Positions 36,823 through 48,122 are shown, counted from the first letter of the stretch. The stretch is DNA of 64,000 nt from an uncultured Eubacterium sp. (GCA_964436595.1 CAYTDI010000006.1:16474-80473); one strand, 5' to 3'. Notes: a model not told the origin generated them from the sequence alone. Made by a program: numbers and translations.

Positions 36823-39738
36823 TTAATACAGATTCTTCAATTCTTTGAACAATCCTTTTTCTTCCTTGAGTTTTTCTTCATTTCCGATAACGCAAAATGC
36901 ATCTTCTTTTAAAATTGCCTCTACAATTCCTGCAAGTCCACGAATATCTTCTTGTGTTGCATTCAAAATCTGCTGACGCTCTTTTTGTATCATTTCATAG
37001 GTTACGCCGGTTAAATACGCAGTAGCACTTCTTCCGGTCTTTCCTGCCGGTGTCAACGGTGTATCTACATCACTGAAAGTTCCTATGATATACTTTGTCA
37101 TATCCTTTTCTTCTACCGTGAAGTTCTTAAGGTATTCCGGAACTCCTTCATATATTTCATTGGTCTTTGAAAGATTCGGGTCACGATAAGACGTAAAATA
37201 TCCGTCTCCTCTGCGTGTAAATCCACTCATACAACCATATGCTCCACCTTTTACTCTTACATTAATCCATAAATAATCATAACTTAATAATACTTTTAAA
37301 ATACGAAGTGCGCCTGTATATTCATAACCCGCCTTTTTAAAGTTACCGGCTCTGGAAACATATTGTACCTGAGAAGCATCCATAAATCCTTCGTTTTTCT
37401 TTTCTAACCACATAGTCTCTGCTTTCACATCTGAAGATTTTTCATGTAAAATTGCTTTTACGGTTGGAATCTCTTTTTCTAACAGCTCTAAACCTTCTTT
37501 TTGCGCTCCTGCGCTTATCATAAGATTATCCTTACGGAACATATAAGCTGCAAGCTCTTCTAAATTTTTACTTAATTCTTCTTTCTTCTCTTCAAAATGT
37601 TCTTCTAAGTCTTTGACTAACTGATAAAACTCTATTCCTTCTGTCATATCACTGTATTTTCCAGAAATGGAAAAATAGGACATGGCACGCATTGCGGATA
37701 TAGAGTGTCCCGCACTGCTCATTCCCATCTGTAATCTGGACTTTAACTGTGCTAAAATCTCATAAATTCTCTCCTGCTGTCTATAATTACTGCCAGACAA
37801 TATCTCACGAATAATAGCTATTGTCTTTGGAATCTCTTTATAAAGTGTCTTTGCCTTTATCTCATACTTCAAACTGACTGTTCCCTTTTCCACATGGGCA
37901 TAAGAACCGATATTTGAAAAAATTCCGCCTGTATAAAGATTAATTTCATTGGCAAGCTCCGGAAACGTATAATGCTCTGTATCTACATAACCAAGCACTG
38001 CTTTCATCAATCCCATATAAGGAATCAAATGAGCCGGAACATCTGTTACATCAAACATCAAACTAAAATAAGCAATTCCATTGGTGTCAATATCGTGGCA
38101 CAGCATCAATGTATCCTCTAAATAATTTTCACGAATATATAACTTTTCCGCATCCTTTTTTATATCCTCTCGTGTCAGAGTTGGAATCTTATCTAAGTCT
38201 TCCGGTGCTGAAGGTTCTTCCTGATATTTTTTCAAATGGTGTGTAAAGTCTACAATTTTCTGCTGTTCTTCCTTGCTCAAAGAATTTTTATATGCTTCTA
38301 ATTTCTCGGCAAGCTTTTCTTCTTTTTGGGCATTCAATCCATACTGTGGCTCTACAATTACTACCGCAGCATGGGTATTATCTAATAAATATTTTTGCAC
38401 TAACTGCTCAAAATAGTCTGTTTCTACTTGTTTTTTCAAGAACTCAATAACATCTAATTCTTCTAAATGCAGGAATGGTTGTTTTTCGTCATAAATCCAA
38501 CTATCCAAACATTTAATTCCCATCAATAAGCCCTTTGGAAATTGTCCAAAATCTGCTTCTCGATACTTAAATTCAAAGCTATTAATTCCGGCAAGTAACG
38601 ATTTCTTATTGATACCGTTCTTTACCTGTTCTTCTAATACTTTACGGATAATTCCAAGAAATTCTTCCTTTTTTTCAAGGTTACTGTTCTTTGCTACAAT
38701 AGAAAACATTGGCTGCAATGTATAATTATCAAAAGAAGCCATGATGTCTTTTCCAATTCCCGCATCTAGCAGTGCCTGCTTTAACGGTGCTCCCGGTGCA
38801 CTTAGCAGTGCATAATCCAAAATATCAAATGCTACATATAATTCTTTATCTAAAATCGTTCCTGTACTTACATTATAAGAAAGATAGGTATTGTCTTCTA
38901 AAGATTCTCCGCTTGCAATGTTGTAAGGGATTTTTACTTCTTTTATGCTTTCAAATGGCTCTTGCCACTTAACATTAGAATCTACCTCTATCACATCATA
39001 TTTTCCTAAATATTCTTCGTCCATCCAATTAAGCTTTTCTTCCATATCCATATTTCCATACAGATAAATGTAGGAATTGCATGGATGATAATATTTCTTA
39101 TGAAAGGCTAAAAACTTCTCATATGAAAGGCTTGGTATCACGTCCGGATCTCCACCTGACTCGTAAAAGTAAGAAGTATCTGGGTAGAGTGTACTTAAAA
39201 TTTCCCTGCTCAATACTTCTTCCGGAGAAGAAAATGCACCTTTCATTTCGTTATATACCACACCGTTAATAGTAAGTGGTGCATTGATATCCTCCATTTC
39301 ATAATGCCATCCCTCCTGGCAGAATATTTCCTTATGTTCTGCGATATTCGGATAAAATACTGCATCCATGTATACTTCTATTAGATTCTGAAAATCCTTG
39401 TCATTGCAGCTTGCTACCGGATAAATTGTTTTATCCGGATAAGTCATGGCATTTAAAAATGTATTTAAGGAACTTTTTACTAACTCTACAAACGGGTCTT
39501 TTACCGGATACTTTTTAGAACCGCATAATACAGAGTGTTCCAAAATATGCGCTGCTCCGGTACTATCTAAAGATGGTGTTCGAAATCCAATATAAAACAC
39601 TTTATTTTCATCATCATTTTCAATCAAACTAATTCTTGCTCCGCTTTTTTTATGTCGCAATAAATAGCCTTTGGAATTAATATTTTTTAAATTGGTTGTT
39701 TCAATCAATTCATATGCTTTACAATTTTCTAAATTCAT
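36823..39738 (-). CDS. M16C-family (PreP-like) insulinase-type metallopeptidase
   Basis: 971 aa. Inverted zinc motif HILEHSVLCGS. Confidence 0.85.
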   Translation of the reverse strand: MNLENCKAYELIETTNLKNINSKGYLLRHKKSGARISLIENDDENKVFYIGFRTPSLDSTGAAHILEHSVLCGSKKYPVKDPFVELVKSSLNTFLNAMTYPDKTIYPVASCNDKDFQNLIEVYMDAVFYPNIAEHKEIFCQEGWHYEMEDINAPLTINGVVYNEMKGAFSSPEEVLSREILSTLYPDTSYFYESGGDPDVIPSLSYEKFLAFHKKYYHPCNSYIYLYGNMDMEEKLNWMDEEYLGKYDVIEVDSNVKWQEPFESIKEVKIPYNIASGESLEDNTYLSYNVSTGTILDKELYVAFDILDYALLSAPGAPLKQALLDAGIGKDIMASFDNYTLQPMFSIVAKNSNLEKKEEFLGIIRKVLEEQVKNGINKKSLLAGINSFEFKYREADFGQFPKGLLMGIKCLDSWIYDEKQPFLHLEELDVIEFLKKQVETDYFEQLVQKYLLDNTHAAVVIVEPQYGLNAQKEEKLAEKLEAYKNSLSKEEQQKIVDFTHHLKKYQEEPSAPEDLDKIPTLTREDIKKDAEKLYIRENYLEDTLMLCHDIDTNGIAYFSLMFDVTDVPAHLIPYMGLMKAVLGYVDTEHYTFPELANEINLYTGGIFSNIGSYAHVEKGTVSLKYEIKAKTLYKEIPKTIAIIREILSGSNYRQQERIYEILAQLKSRLQMGMSSAGHSISAMRAMSYFSISGKYSDMTEGIEFYQLVKDLEEHFEEKKEELSKNLEELAAYMFRKDNLMISAGAQKEGLELLEKEIPTVKAILHEKSSDVKAETMWLEKKNEGFMDASQVQYVSRAGNFKKAGYEYTGALRILKVLLSYDYLWINVRVKGGAYGCMSGFTRRGDGYFTSYRDPNLSKTNEIYEGVPEYLKNFTVEEKDMTKYIIGTFSDVDTPLTPAGKTGRSATAYLTGVTYEMIQKERQQILNATQEDIRGLAGIVEAILKEDAFCVIGNEEKLKEEKGLFKELKNLY

Positions 39739-39957
39739 AATTTCCGTTCCTTTTCTTTTCTATATATTCTTTCCATTTGTCTTTCAATTATAGCACGATA
39801 TTCCTATCACGTCATACTATTTTTATATCATAAGAAATATCAAGTTGTATGAAAATGTAAAAATGTATGTATTTCCTATGATATAAAAAGTTTGCAACTA
39901 TTTTCCCATGCAAAAGGCTGCTCATAAGAGCAGCCTCGGTTCTTCATTTATTTGAAA

Positions 39958-40161
39958 TTAAGCGATACGTCTTACATTTGAAGCCTGTGGTCCTTTATCT
40001 CCATCTACTACTTCAAATTCAACAGTTTCTCCATCTTTCAATTCCTTGAATCCATCCATAACTAATGCGGAAAAATGTACAAATACATCATTTCCCTGTG
40101 CATCAGAAATAAATCCATAACCCTTCTTTGCATTAAACCATTTTACTGTTCCCTGTTGCAT
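39958..40161 (-). CDS. Cold-shock protein (CspA family)
   Basis: 67 aa. Motifs [12 protein letters not shown] and VFVHFS. Confidence 0.95.
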   Translation of the reverse strand: MQQGTVKWFNAKKGYGFISDAQGNDVFVHFSALVMDGFKELKDGETVEFEVVDGDKGPQASNVRRIA

Positions 40162-40317
40162 GAAACACTTCCTCCTAAATACATGAAAAATATCTGTGGC
40201 TTGTACTTACCACATATTTAAGATTAGCATATTTTACCATAGATGTCAACGAAAACCATTCTCTTTTTGTGCTATTTTTTATATTATTTGCTATATTGCT
40301 TGTATACTTTCCTTCTT

Positions 40318-40524
40318 CTAGCCCATAATGTTTCTCACTTCCTGCGTAATTGCTGCAAATTCTTCCGCCTTTTTTTCAAATATTGCACCATACTTGTCAT
40401 CCAATTCATCAATTGCATCAAAAATATTCTGCATTTGTTTCGTTGTAGTATCATTAATGTCTATGACCTTTCTATGATATTCCTGAATATTATTCTTATA
40501 ATGGGCTATATCAAGATTTCCCAA
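40318..40524 (-). CDS. Possible small helical protein (68 aa, TTG start)
   Basis: Its composition is more protein-like than the overlapping plus-strand ORF. The RBS is weak and I recognise no motif. Confidence 0.3.
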   Translation of the reverse strand: MGNLDIAHYKNNIQEYHRKVIDINDTTTKQMQNIFDAIDELDDKYGAIFEKKAEEFAAITQEVRNIMG

Positions 40525-40609
40525 CCAGTCCTCTATCCTATACTATTTTCCTAAAACAGAATCTTGCCGTTACTACAATCATCTCCTAATTACTAAAACA
40601 TTATATACA

Positions 40610-41536
40610 CTATAATGCCTTAGTAACAGAAACATTTAACTGATTATATGGAATCTCAATTCCTGCTTCCTCTAGCTTTTCTTTCATGCTTTCTGTCAAG
40701 CGCCACTTTGCCTGCCAATACTCTTCTGCCTTTACCCATACACGACATCCAATTTTTACACTACTATCCTCCAGTGCTTCCACAAAAACATTCACTTCTT
40801 CGTTGGCAGTTCTTGCCGGTTCCTGCAAAAGTAACTCCTGTAATACCGTCTTTGCCTTTTTAATATCTGCATCATAAGAAATTCCTACAAACAAGTCTAA
40901 TCTGCGCTTTTCCTGTTTTGTTACATTGGTAAGGCTGGCATTTGCCAAAACTCCATTTGGAATTACAATTACCTTATTATCTACTGTCAAAAGTTTTGTA
41001 TAGAAAATCATAATCTCTGAAACAGTTCCCTCGTTGTTATGGGTATCTTCTATAATATAGTCGCCTACTTTAAACGGCTTAAATATCAGAATCAACACAC
41101 CACCTGCAAAGTTCGACAAACTTCCCTGTAATGCAAGTCCTATGGTCAGTCCTGCTGAACCAAGTACAGCTACCACAGAAGTTGTTTCTATTCCTAATTG
41201 ATTTACAACGATAATTACAAGTATAAAATACAATGCAACCTTGGTACAGGAATCTAAAAATTGTCCTACTCCTTTATCTACACTGGAACGCTCCAACGCT
41301 TTTCGTAAGACCTTTCGTATCCACTTAATAATTTTCCCACCGATAAAATAAATAATTACAGCAATTACTACACGCAAGGCAACCCCTAACAGCCCCGGCA
41401 CTAATCCTTCTAAATAAGACTTTAATACTCCGGGCTGTGCTATTTTTTCTAATTCTTCCAATTCAGATGCTTCCTGACTTTTCGCCAGAATATTTCCTAT
41501 ATGACACATCCAATTTGCATTTATCCAACTAAACAT
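40610..41536 (-). CDS. Small-conductance mechanosensitive channel (MscS family)
   Basis: 308 aa from the ATG at 41536, which has GAAGGAG 7 nt upstream. The track's longer form starts at TTG. Pore-helix region is GLALQGSLSNFAGGVLILIFKPFKVGD. Confidence 0.85.
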   Translation of the reverse strand: MFSWINANWMCHIGNILAKSQEASELEELEKIAQPGVLKSYLEGLVPGLLGVALRVVIAVIIYFIGGKIIKWIRKVLRKALERSSVDKGVGQFLDSCTKVALYFILVIIVVNQLGIETTSVVAVLGSAGLTIGLALQGSLSNFAGGVLILIFKPFKVGDYIIEDTHNNEGTVSEIMIFYTKLLTVDNKVIVIPNGVLANASLTNVTKQEKRRLDLFVGISYDADIKKAKTVLQELLLQEPARTANEEVNVFVEALEDSSVKIGCRVWVKAEEYWQAKWRLTESMKEKLEEAGIEIPYNQLNVSVTKAL

Positions 41537-41662
41537 CGTTCTGCTCCTTCTTTCTGTTTGTGCCCTTATGGTATCATAGATTATTTTTCTGTGCAACCGT
41601 CATTCATTGACACTTTATTCCAAATTCACTATAATATTAATATCTTATGGAGGTGAGTGCAG

Positions 41663-42931
41663 ATGGAAACATCAATGATTAATATTACTGACATTATTTG
41701 TCGGGCGTATCACTATGTTGACCCACGTTTAAACAGTCATGGAGAGCGTGTGGCTTATATTCTTATGGAAATGTTTAAGGACAAGTCTCAATTTTCCCCT
41801 CAGGAAAAACAGAATATTTTTATGCTCGGATTACTCCACGACATTGGCGCATATAAGGAAGCTGAAATAGATGCTATGCTTTCTTTTGACCAGAATGATT
41901 CTTTGGATCATTCCGTATTTGGTTATCTTCTTTTTCGGGAATTTTCTCCCTTAAAGGAATATGCAAATGTTATTTTATATCACCATCACAGCAATGCTCA
42001 GTACTATGCTGTTCCTACCAGCGACTATCATCGCAGGCTTGCCCGCATTTTGTATTTAGCCGATAGAATTGACATTTTTTGTCAGTTTAACGACATCCGA
42101 GGTTTATTTCCATTTTTAAAAGAATATGAAGATTCTATTTTTACTTCGGAAGATATTCAATGGTTTCAGCAGACTAATGCCACCTATCATGTTTTAGATG
42201 CATTACATTCTGGAAATTATCGAACTGAACTATTGCACTATATGGAAACTATGGCCTTTTCAGAAGAAGAAATACACGATTTTCTCCTTTTATTTATTTT
42301 TTCCATAGATTTCCGTCATGAATATTCTGCTGTTCATACCGCTTACGCAGTACAAATAAGTCAAATACTTGCAAAGAAGCTTCATTTTTCTTCTACTTCC
42401 TGCAAGATTGCAGAATTATCTGCCTTACTTCATAATATAGGTAAGATTTCTCTTTCTTCTTGTGTGGAAAACGAAAATGACTATGATGTTTATTTAAAAA
42501 ATATTTATAAAAACACTACTCAAGAAATCACAAAAAAAATATTAGCTGGAAATGTATCAGAACAAATACTTGAAACAATACAGCAATCCTTTTCCATCCT
42601 TGAACACTGGGAGCAGGAAAAGCCTTTGAATTTTTCTCCTACACCAGTTGCTGAAGTTGTTGCTTTAGCCTGCCTTTTAAGCAATGTTTTGACCCTTGAA
42701 TCCGATACCCATACCAAACACTCCAGCTCACTAATCTCATTTCTACATAATAAATACCGCCATTGTGCTATGAATGATAAAATCCTTTCTTCCTTGGAGC
42801 AAGAAGAACAGGAAATACTTCACGATGCAAAGACTTCCTGTTCTTCTTTATCAAATACTTATAAAGACATGATGAATGACTATCACTCTCTAAATGTAGT
42901 ACTTCTTCATTACAATCAAAAATATCACTAA
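41663..42931 (+). CDS. Tandem HD-domain protein (HD-GYP-related; second domain degenerate, GYP absent)
   Basis: 422 aa from the ATG at 41663, with GGAGG 9 nt upstream. HD1 is HGERVA...LLHDIGAY. HD2 is HTAYAV...LLHNIGKI. Confidence 0.7.
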   Translation: METSMINITDIICRAYHYVDPRLNSHGERVAYILMEMFKDKSQFSPQEKQNIFMLGLLHDIGAYKEAEIDAMLSFDQNDSLDHSVFGYLLFREFSPLKEYANVILYHHHSNAQYYAVPTSDYHRRLARILYLADRIDIFCQFNDIRGLFPFLKEYEDSIFTSEDIQWFQQTNATYHVLDALHSGNYRTELLHYMETMAFSEEEIHDFLLLFIFSIDFRHEYSAVHTAYAVQISQILAKKLHFSSTSCKIAELSALLHNIGKISLSSCVENENDYDVYLKNIYKNTTQEITKKILAGNVSEQILETIQQSFSILEHWEQEKPLNFSPTPVAEVVALACLLSNVLTLESDTHTKHSSSLISFLHNKYRHCAMNDKILSSLEQEEQEILHDAKTSCSSLSNTYKDMMNDYHSLNVVLLHYNQKYH

Positions 42932-42956
42932 TATGTGCAAAACAAACACATATACC

Positions 42957-42995
42957 AAAAGCAGTATGTTCCAAATTCTAAAACATACTGCTTTT
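42957..42995. terminator. Bidirectional intrinsic terminator (HD protein / serA)
   Basis: AAAAGCAGTATGTT/AACATACTGCTTTT 14-bp stem. Confidence 0.85.
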
Positions 42996-43022
42996 CTATG
43001 TAATAAATTCCTATTTATATTC

Positions 43023-44186
43023 CTATTTTACAACTCTTACTTTTAATACGCCTTCAATTGCTTTTAACTGTTCTATCGCAGCATCTGTTACCGGTGAATC
43101 AATATCCAATAAAGAATATGCGTAGTCTCCACGGCTCTTGTTCGTCATATCAGAAATATTAATATTATTGTTTTCCATTACAGCGGTATACTTACTAATC
43201 ATACCTTTGATATTTTTGTGAAGTACTGCTACACGACCTGCCCCTTCACAAGTACCCATGTCACAATTTGGGAAGTTTACGGAATTACGGATATTTCCGT
43301 TTTCTAAGAAGTCTCTTACTTCTTCTACTGCCATAACTGCACAGTTATCTTCAGATTCTTCTGTGGATGCTCCTAAATGAGGAATTACAATACATCCTTC
43401 CTCTCCTGCTGTGGTTGGGTTCGCAAAATCGGATACATATTTCTTTACTTTTCCATCTTTGATTGCCTTTACAACAGCTTCTTCATCTACTAACAAATCT
43501 CTTGCAAAGTTCAAAAGAACTACACCATCTTTCATCTGTGCAACAGCTTCTTCGTTAATCATTTTTCTGGTACTATCCATCAATGGTACATGAATAGTAA
43601 TATAGTCACATTCACGATAGATTTCTTCTACTGCATTGATATGTTTTACATTACGGGAAAGACTCCATGCTGCGTTTACGGAGATAAATGGGTCGTATCC
43701 ATATACTTCCATACCTAAATGAGTGGCTGCATTTGCAACCTTAACACCAATTGCGCCAAGACCGATAACACCAAGCTTCTTCCCTGCAATTTCACATCCT
43801 GCAAATGCTTTTTTTGCCTTTTCTGCATCTTTTCCAACTGTTTCGTTGTCTTTATTTTCCAATACCCAGTTGATACCACCAATAATATCACGAGATGCTA
43901 AAAGCATACCTGCAAATACTAATTCCTTTACACCGTTTGCGTTTGCACCCGGAGTATTGAATACAACGATTCCTGCGTCTGCACATTTTTCTAATGGAAT
44001 GTTATTAACACCTGCACCTGCTCTTGCAATTGCATAAAGATTTTCCGGCAGTTCTAAATCATGCATTGCTGCACTTCTTACCAAAACAGCCTGAGCATCT
44101 TTCATATCCTCTACTTTTTTATAATTTTCGTCAAACAAATCCAAACCTACATTTGCGATTGGATTTAAACAATGATACTGATACAT
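43023..44186 (-). CDS. serA: D-3-phosphoglycerate dehydrogenase with a C-terminal ACT domain
   Basis: 387 aa from the ATG at 44186, with GAGGAG 7 nt upstream. Rossmann motif GVIGLGAIG. Confidence 0.9.
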   Translation of the reverse strand: MYQYHCLNPIANVGLDLFDENYKKVEDMKDAQAVLVRSAAMHDLELPENLYAIARAGAGVNNIPLEKCADAGIVVFNTPGANANGVKELVFAGMLLASRDIIGGINWVLENKDNETVGKDAEKAKKAFAGCEIAGKKLGVIGLGAIGVKVANAATHLGMEVYGYDPFISVNAAWSLSRNVKHINAVEEIYRECDYITIHVPLMDSTRKMINEEAVAQMKDGVVLLNFARDLLVDEEAVVKAIKDGKVKKYVSDFANPTTAGEEGCIVIPHLGASTEESEDNCAVMAVEEVRDFLENGNIRNSVNFPNCDMGTCEGAGRVAVLHKNIKGMISKYTAVMENNNINISDMTNKSRGDYAYSLLDIDSPVTDAAIEQLKAIEGVLKVRVVK

Positions 44187-44187
44187 C

Positions 44188-45267
44188 TTAGTTCTCCTCT
44201 TCAAATTTCTTCATAAATTCAACTAACTTTTCTACGCCTTCTTTTGGCATTGCATTGTAAATACTTGCACGCATACCACCAACAGTTCTGTGTCCTTTTA
44301 AGTTTACAAATCCTGCTGCTTCTGCTTCTTTTACAAATTTTGCATCTAAATCTTTATCACCTGTTACAAATGGAACATTCATTAAAGAACGGTCTTCTTT
44401 TCTTACTGTTCCCTTGAACATCTTACTCTGGTCTAAGAAATCATAAAGAATCTTTGCTTTTTCTTCATTGCGCTGTTTCATCACTTCCAAACCGCCCATT
44501 TTCTTTAACCATTTGAATACTTTACCACAAATATAGATTCCGTATGCTGGTGGTGTATTGTAAAGTGAATCTGCATCTGCATGTGTTTTATATTTCAACA
44601 TGGTTGGTGTTCCCGGAAGTGTATCTTCTGTAATCAAATCTTCTCTCATAATTACAATAACAACACCTGCAGGTCCAATGTTCTTCTGAACTCCACCGTA
44701 AATTACACCGTATTTTGTTACATCTACCGGTTCAGATAAGAAACAAGAGGAAACGTCTGCTACTAAAGTATGACCTTTTGTATTAGGAAGTTTCTTATAT
44801 TTTGTTCCATAAATTGTATTATTTTCGCAAATATATACATAGTCTGCATCTTCTGGAATATCCAAATCAGAACAATCCGGAATATAAGAGAATGTTTCAT
44901 CCTCGGAAGATGCTACCTTTACTGCTTCTCCATAAATCTTTGCTTCAGCAAATGCCTTTTTTGCCCATTGACCTGTTACAATATAAGCTGCTTTTTTATT
45001 CTTCATCAGATTCATTGGAATCATTGCAAACTGCTGGGAAGCTCCACCCTGCAAAAACATTACTTTGTAATTATCCGGAATATTCATTAATTCGCGCAAA
45101 TCTGCTTCTGCTTCCTTAATGATGTCATCATATACCTTGGAACGATGACTCATTTCCATTACGGACATTCCGCTTCCTTTGTAATCCATCATTTCATCTG
45201 CTGCTTCTTTCAAGACCTCTTCTGGCAAAACTGCTGGTCCTGCTGAAAAATTGTAAACTCTGCTCAT
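44188..45267 (-). CDS. serC: Phosphoserine aminotransferase
   Basis: 359 aa. Motifs NFSAGPAVLP and GVQKNIGPAG (the PLP lysine). Confidence 0.95.
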   Translation of the reverse strand: MSRVYNFSAGPAVLPEEVLKEAADEMMDYKGSGMSVMEMSHRSKVYDDIIKEAEADLRELMNIPDNYKVMFLQGGASQQFAMIPMNLMKNKKAAYIVTGQWAKKAFAEAKIYGEAVKVASSEDETFSYIPDCSDLDIPEDADYVYICENNTIYGTKYKKLPNTKGHTLVADVSSCFLSEPVDVTKYGVIYGGVQKNIGPAGVVIVIMREDLITEDTLPGTPTMLKYKTHADADSLYNTPPAYGIYICGKVFKWLKKMGGLEVMKQRNEEKAKILYDFLDQSKMFKGTVRKEDRSLMNVPFVTGDKDLDAKFVKEAEAAGFVNLKGHRTVGGMRASIYNAMPKEGVEKLVEFMKKFEEEN

Positions 45268-45315
45268 GTTTTTTCCTCCTCAATTTACCTTTATGTAAAT
45301 ATTAATATTTTTGTC

Positions 45316-46989
45316 TTATTTCATATCTTCTTCGCTAAACACTTCACTGATTGCTGCTCCCGGTGCAACCATCGGCCATACCTTGTCATCACTGTCAATG
45401 ATACAATCAATCAATACCGGTGTTTTACTTGCTAAGGCTTTCTGAAATGCCTCTTGAAACTCCTCTTGAGTGGTAGCCCGATATCCGGTAGCCCCCATGG
45501 CTTCTGCGAGCTTTACAAAATCAACACTGTCATTTAGTACTGTTTCGGAATAATGCTGCTCGTAAAATAGATTCTGCCACTGACGAACCATTCCTAATAC
45601 ATGATTGTTAATTACTACCTGTATCAATGGTATTTGCTGGCGCACTGCTGTTGCGATTTCATTCATATTCATTCGGAAACATCCGTCACCTGCAATATTT
45701 ACTACCTGCTTATCGGGATTGGCTATCTGCGCTCCAATTGCAGCTCCTAATCCATATCCCATCGTTCCTAATCCGCCGGAAGTAAGTAGGGTTCGTGGTT
45801 TGCTGTATTTATAAAATTGTGCAGCCCACATCTGATGCTGTCCTACTTCTGTTACCATAATAGCTTCGCCTTTTGTTGCTTTATAAATCTCCTCAATAAC
45901 ATAAGGTCCGCTTAATCCTTCCTTATGATAGGTTAATGGATATTTTTCCTTATACTCTAACACTTTTGCAATCCACTCGTCATGGTTTTGCTGCTCAATT
46001 TTGCCATTCAGTCTGCCGAGAATCTCCTTCACATCACCAATGACATGAGCGTCTGTAATAATGTTCTTATTTACTTCTACCGGGTCAATATCAAACTGCA
46101 ATATTTTTGCATTACTTGCAAACTTTTTCGCATTTCCAATGACACGATCACTAAAGCGAACACCGATTGCAATGAGCAAATCACACTCACTTACACCATA
46201 ATTTGAGGCTTTTGTTCCATGCATTCCAAGCATTCCGGTATATAACTTATGATTGCCGTCAAAAGCTCCTTTTCCCATTAGGGAATCTGTTACCGGCGCC
46301 TGTACTTTTTCTACAAACTCTAACAGTTCCGGACTGGCTTCTGAGATAACAGCACCACCACCTACAAATATGTATGGCTTTTTGGCATTCCGAATCATAT
46401 CTGTCGCAGTCTGTAAATCTTCCTCGGTAATATTCTTTGACAGTCTTGGAATTGGCTCTGCTTTGATTGCCTGAAACTCTGTTTTACTTGCAGTAACATC
46501 CTTTGGAATATCTACCAATACCGGTCCCGGTCTTCCCGTCTGCGCAATTTTAAATGCACGTCGGATGGTATCTGCCAGCTTATCAATATCTTTTACAATA
46601 AAATTATGTTTTGTAATTGGTGTTGTAATTCCTACGATGTCAATTTCCTGAAAACTATCCTTTCCAAGTAAAGAAACACCTACATTACAGGTAATTGCCA
46701 CCATAGGAACAGAATCCATATAAGCTGTTGCAATTCCAGTTACCAGATTTGTTGCGCCCGGTCCTGAGGTAGCAAGACACACCCCTACTTTTCCTGTGGA
46801 GCGTGCGTATCCATCTGCCGCATGGGAGGCTCCCTGTTCATGTGAGGTTAATACATGTTTTATTTCTTTTTTATGCTTATATAATTCATCATATACATTT
46901 AAAATGGCTCCTCCCGGATAACCAAAGACAGTATCCACACCCTGCTCTTTCAAGCATTCTATTACTATCTGTGCTCCTGTCAACTGCAT
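45316..46989 (-). CDS. ilvB: Acetolactate synthase large subunit (biosynthetic type)
   Basis: 557 aa. ThDP motif GGLGTMGYGLGAAIGA...GDGCFRMN. Confidence 0.9.
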   Translation of the reverse strand: MQLTGAQIVIECLKEQGVDTVFGYPGGAILNVYDELYKHKKEIKHVLTSHEQGASHAADGYARSTGKVGVCLATSGPGATNLVTGIATAYMDSVPMVAITCNVGVSLLGKDSFQEIDIVGITTPITKHNFIVKDIDKLADTIRRAFKIAQTGRPGPVLVDIPKDVTASKTEFQAIKAEPIPRLSKNITEEDLQTATDMIRNAKKPYIFVGGGAVISEASPELLEFVEKVQAPVTDSLMGKGAFDGNHKLYTGMLGMHGTKASNYGVSECDLLIAIGVRFSDRVIGNAKKFASNAKILQFDIDPVEVNKNIITDAHVIGDVKEILGRLNGKIEQQNHDEWIAKVLEYKEKYPLTYHKEGLSGPYVIEEIYKATKGEAIMVTEVGQHQMWAAQFYKYSKPRTLLTSGGLGTMGYGLGAAIGAQIANPDKQVVNIAGDGCFRMNMNEIATAVRQQIPLIQVVINNHVLGMVRQWQNLFYEQHYSETVLNDSVDFVKLAEAMGATGYRATTQEEFQEAFQKALASKTPVLIDCIIDSDDKVWPMVAPGAAISEVFSEEDMK

Positions 46990-47018
46990 ATTAAGACCTC
47001 GCTTTCCACGATTAAATT

Positions 47019-48122
47019 CTATTTTATTCTCTCGGAAATGAGACGTCCCATTTCCACAGTACCCACCTGAGTTACTTCTGCACGTTTTTCTTCTTCCTGC
47101 GGCATAATATCAATGGTGCGGTATCCTTCTTTTAACACCTGCTTTACTGCATTTTCTATTGCATCTGCTTCTTTATCCAAATCAAAGGAATAACGAAGCA
47201 TCATAGCCGCACTTAAAATAGTAGCAATCGGATTAGCAATTCCTTTTCCTGCAATATCCGGTGCAGAACCGCCGCTTGGCTCATATAAACCAAACTTGGT
47301 ATCATTCAAGCTCGCAGAAGATAACATCCCAATAGAACCTGTTACCATACTTGCTTCATCGGATAAAATATCACCAAACATATTCTCTGTTAAAATAACA
47401 TCGAACTGTTTCGGGTCTTTTACCAACTGCATTGCACAGTTATCTACTAACATATGCTCTAATGTAACTTCCGGATAATCCTTTGCCACTTCCTCTACTA
47501 CTTTTCTCCATAATCTGGAAGAATCTAATACATTTGCCTTATCGACACTTGTTACTTTCTTTCTGCGCTTCATGGCAATATCAAATCCACGTTTTGCGAT
47601 TCTTCGAATTTCTTCTTCGGTATAGGTAAGTGTATCTACCGCAGTCATTACTCCATTTCGCTCTTCTGTTGTTCTTTCTCCAAAGTAAAGACCTCCGGTA
47701 AGCTCACGCATAATCATCATATCAAATCCATCACCAATGATATCGTCTCTTAATGGGCAGGCTGCCTTTAATTCTTCATACAGGTATGCCGGTCTTAAAT
47801 TTGCGAATAAATTTAAGGATTTGCGTAACTTCAAAAGACCTGCTTCCGGTCTTAGTTCCGGTGGGAGCTTATACCATGGAGAAGTTGTGGTATTTCCTCC
47901 AATTGAGCCCATTAATACTGCATCTGCACTTTTTGCCTGTGCAATTGCCTCGTCTGTTAATGGAACTCCGGTTGCATCAATAGATACACCACCCATTAAA
48001 ATCTCATCATAGGAAAATTGATGTCCAAATACACTTCCAACTTTATCTAAAACGTTTTTTGCCTCTTGTACAATTTCCGGACCTATTCCGTCCCCTGAAA
48101 TCACACCTACCTGATAATTCAT
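47019..48122 (-). CDS. leuB: 3-isopropylmalate dehydrogenase
   Basis: 367 aa. Motifs GDGIGPEI and [21 protein letters not shown]. Confidence 0.95.
   Translation of the reverse strand: MNYQVGVISGDGIGPEIVQEAKNVLDKVGSVFGHQFSYDEILMGGVSIDATGVPLTDEAIAQAKSADAVLMGSIGGNTTTSPWYKLPPELRPEAGLLKLRKSLNLFANLRPAYLYEELKAACPLRDDIIGDGFDMMIMRELTGGLYFGERTTEERNGVMTAVDTLTYTEEEIRRIAKRGFDIAMKRRKKVTSVDKANVLDSSRLWRKVVEEVAKDYPEVTLEHMLVDNCAMQLVKDPKQFDVILTENMFGDILSDEASMVTGSIGMLSSASLNDTKFGLYEPSGGSAPDIAGKGIANPIATILSAAMMLRYSFDLDKEADAIENAVKQVLKEGYRTIDIMPQEEEKRAEVTQVGTVEMGRLISERIK

Noticed and set aside
40243-40554. 103-aa plus-strand ORF
   Set aside because: It is a Phe/Leu/Ile/Tyr/Cys-rich string typical of AT-rich antisense DNA, with no RBS. 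It overlaps the more protein-like minus-strand ORF.
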